Assembly (NCBI RefSeq): GCF_000143415.4
Contig: NW_003314333.1
Span: 695,207 to 759,206 of the forward strand
DNA length: 64,000 bases
Direction of reading: 5' to 3'
Source of the DNA: Selaginella moellendorffii
Lineage: Eukaryota; Plantae; Lycopodiophyta
Made by a program: the position numbers and the translations under genes. Below the pieces are notes generated by a model. That model was given only the letters and a program-made list of their open reading frames with translations. It was not told the origin of the DNA and searched no databases. Every line of letters begins with the position of its first letter. Within the stretch, counting starts at the first letter, position 1. Positions 61,874 through 64,000 of the stretch are shown here, in pieces.

Positions 61874-62602
61874 TCACTCCATGACGGCGGTCCCTCCCAC
61901 AGCCTTCAACTTGTTAATGATCTTCTCGGCCTCCTCTTTCGTGACGCTCTTCTTCACCATCGCCGGGAGCTTCTCCACGAGCTCCTTGGCCTCCTTGAGC
62001 CCCAGCTCCGTCACCGATCTCACCTCCTTGATCACCTTGATCTTGTCCGCGGCCTCATACTTCTCCAGCTTGATATCAAACACCATCTTCTCCACTGGCT
62101 TCTCGGGTGCCGCGGCGGCGGCGGACGCATCGGCAGCGGCGCCGCCACTTCCAGCTCCGCCAGGAGCCATCATCCCCGCCGGCATCACCATCCCCGCGGG
62201 CATCATCATCGGCACCGAGATGTTGGCGTGATCAAGCCCGAGGCGCTTCTTGAGCTGCTCCGTGAGATCCGCGAAGTCGACCACCGAGAGCTCCACGAGC
62301 TCGTTGACGAGCTTCATCACTCTCTCGGATGGAACGCGCTCTTGGGCTGCGGCGGCAGCTGCTTCCGGCTTCTCGGATTTGCCCGCCGCCGCCGCTGCTG
62401 CTGCTGCTTCTGGCTTCTCGGATTTGGCCTTGTCACTCGCTGGCGATGCTTTGTCTGGTTTTCCCGCCTTCTTCGCCGCTGCCTCTGCCGCATTTACCTG
62501 GGAGGATGTGTGGAATGCCAAGGACCAACCTGTGAGAAGCGCGCTCCTCCATTGCTCGTCGGTCCGGAGAGCCAAGTGCCGAGCACCACGAAGAACGCTC
62601 AT
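61874..62602 (-). CDS. RPL12: Organellar (probably mitochondrial) ribosomal protein L7/L12
   Basis: [27 protein letters not shown]...KEEAEKI..KLKAVG; N-terminal targeting-like peptide. Confidence 0.93.
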   Translation of the reverse strand: MSVLRGARHLALRTDEQWRSALLTGWSLAFHTSSQVNAAEAAAKKAGKPDKASPASDKAKSEKPEAAAAAAAAGKSEKPEAAAAAAQERVPSERVMKLVNELVELSVVDFADLTEQLKKRLGLDHANISVPMMMPAGMVMPAGMMAPGGAGSGGAAADASAAAAAPEKPVEKMVFDIKLEKYEAADKIKVIKEVRSVTELGLKEAKELVEKLPAMVKKSVTKEEAEKIINKLKAVGGTAVME

Positions 62603-62609
62603 TCCTCCC

Positions 62610-62665
62610 TAGGGTTTTAGGGAAGAGCCCAAAAACCCTAATAGTAAAGCCCAAAACCCTAATGG
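62610..62665. promoter_or_regulatory. Telo-boxes (AAACCCTA) and site II (AGCCCA) elements upstream of RPL12
   Basis: TAGGGTTT, AAACCCTAA twice and AGCCCA twice within 55 bp; a known combination in plant ribosomal protein promoters. Confidence 0.7.
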
Positions 62666-62802
62666 CAAATGGTCATAAGGTTGCTAAAAACTCGATTATT
62701 CGCTGGCCATGGTTATTTTCTAGAGGACAGTGTTTGTGTTTGTGGCAGTAGCGTCAATGATATATGATCCAATCGGATCAATTGGGTATGAGAAGACGAT
62801 GA

Positions 62803-64000
62803 TCAGTCGCGCTCGATCTGGATGGTAACATGCGTGATCTTAAAATCGCGCTCGCAGTATTCGATCACGTTGCGCAGCACCTCGTCCGCGTCCGCATCGC
62901 GCTCGATCTTGACATGGCACGCCAGCAGAACTTTGCCGAGCGTGATCGCCCAGATGTGGAGCTCATGCACCGCCTGGACGCTGCCAATCCGCCGCAGCCC
63001 CTCCTCCAGCCTCGTCGCGTCGATCTCCCGCGGCGTGCTCTCCATGAGCACGTCCGAGATCTCCGTCCACATGTTGACGGTGGTGAGCAGCACCAGTACC
63101 GAGAAGAGCAGCGTGCACACCAGATCCACCACCTTCCACTCGGGCTTGTACCAGATGATCGCCCCCGCGATCATCACTCCGATGCTCTGGATCAGATCGC
63201 CCAAGACGTGCAAGTAAGCGCCCCTCACGTTGATGCTGCTGGTCTTGCTGTTCTTGCTCGTACCGTGGTCACGGAGCTCGTCCAGATCTTTGTCGAGCTT
63301 GATACGGTTGGGGCCGTGATCCGAGTCGACACGTATCAGAAAAGAATCACTTTTTCTCCCATGGTGATCGTGCTGTTCCTGTCCCTGGTGGCCGTGCTCT
63401 TGGTGGCCGTGATCTTGTTCCTGGTGGTCGTGATCTCGGCCGTGTTCTTCGTGATCGTGCTGCTGGTGGTCGTGATCGCTGTCAGCGTGATTAGGATCTT
63501 TGTCCTTGTCACCGACAGTAGTGCATCCTCCACTGTGAGTGTGAGAGTGGGATTGGCGGGAGTGTCCTCCTCCACTGTGGCTGTGGCCGTGGCCGTGGCT
63601 ATGGCTGTGACCGTGGCTATGGCCGTGTCCACCATGATCTCCCAGGATCAGCATCATTCCAATGTTGACGAGCAAGCCAAGCGTTGCGATGATGAACATG
63701 AGCCCCCCATTCACTGGCTGGCTGTCGTGGAAGAAGCGCGAGACCGCCTCGTAGACGAGGATCCCAGTGATGAGCCAGATGATGTGAATTGAAACCAGCG
63801 CCCCCAGGATCTCCACCCGGTGGAAGCCATAGGATTGCTTGGGGGTCGCGTCCCAGCCCGAGGCGTAGATCGCGAAGAGCGAGATCGCGAACGAGGCCAC
63901 ATCCGAGAGGAGATGAGCCGCGTCCGTGAGGATCGCCAAGCTCCCGGCTATAATCCCTCCCCCTACCTCCAGAATCATGAAGACGATACAGAGCCCAATC
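62803..64000 (-). CDS. MTP1: Cation diffusion facilitator zinc transporter (MTP1-like), 5' end beyond window
   Basis: [14 protein letters not shown], His-rich loop, [22 protein letters not shown] and HVTIQIE motifs. Confidence 0.93.
   Translation of the reverse strand, partial: IGLCIVFMILEVGGGIIAGSLAILTDAAHLLSDVASFAISLFAIYASGWDATPKQSYGFHRVEILGALVSIHIIWLITGILVYEAVSRFFHDSQPVNGGLMFIIATLGLLVNIGMMLILGDHGGHGHSHGHSHSHGHGHSHSGGGHSRQSHSHTHSGGCTTVGDKDKDPNHADSDHDHQQHDHEEHGRDHDHQEQDHGHQEHGHQGQEQHDHHGRKSDSFLIRVDSDHGPNRIKLDKDLDELRDHGTSKNSKTSSINVRGAYLHVLGDLIQSIGVMIAGAIIWYKPEWKVVDLVCTLLFSVLVLLTTVNMWTEISDVLMESTPREIDATRLEEGLRRIGSVQAVHELHIWAITLGKVLLACHVKIERDADADEVLRNVIEYCERDFKITHVTIQIERD

Overview
Plant nuclear DNA. 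Very short introns (about 50-80 bp), compact intergenic spacers and a PLS-type PPR gene suggest a lycophyte such as Selaginella (inference). The left ~46 kb is a deep retrotransposon nest. It holds two recent full-length copies (5235-12713, 34665-42848) and several older pieces of a non-autonomous Ty3/gypsy family ('family A') with ~1.6-1.8 kb LTRs containing hypervariable 6/11/12-mer arrays. It also holds a second eroded gypsy family, two TRIM families and a MULE. One TRIM is Cassandra-like, carrying 5S rRNA Pol III promoter boxes in its LTRs (intact copy 36854-37446). Many junctions are resolved by TSDs, including a four-layer nest: LTR element > MULE > gypsy > Cassandra-like TRIM. A ~7.3 kb block with intact germin-like and GH19 chitinase genes sits inside the LTR of a TRIM, which itself splits a gypsy LTR. 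The right ~18 kb is gene-dense. It contains a putative Crinkler-like NTPase pseudogene, an inverted duplication, an ARF pseudogene with a clean one-exon inversion, a class A ARF, an LPEAT/LPCAT acyltransferase, a PLS-PPR gene, organellar ribosomal protein L7/L12 and an MTP1-type zinc transporter.
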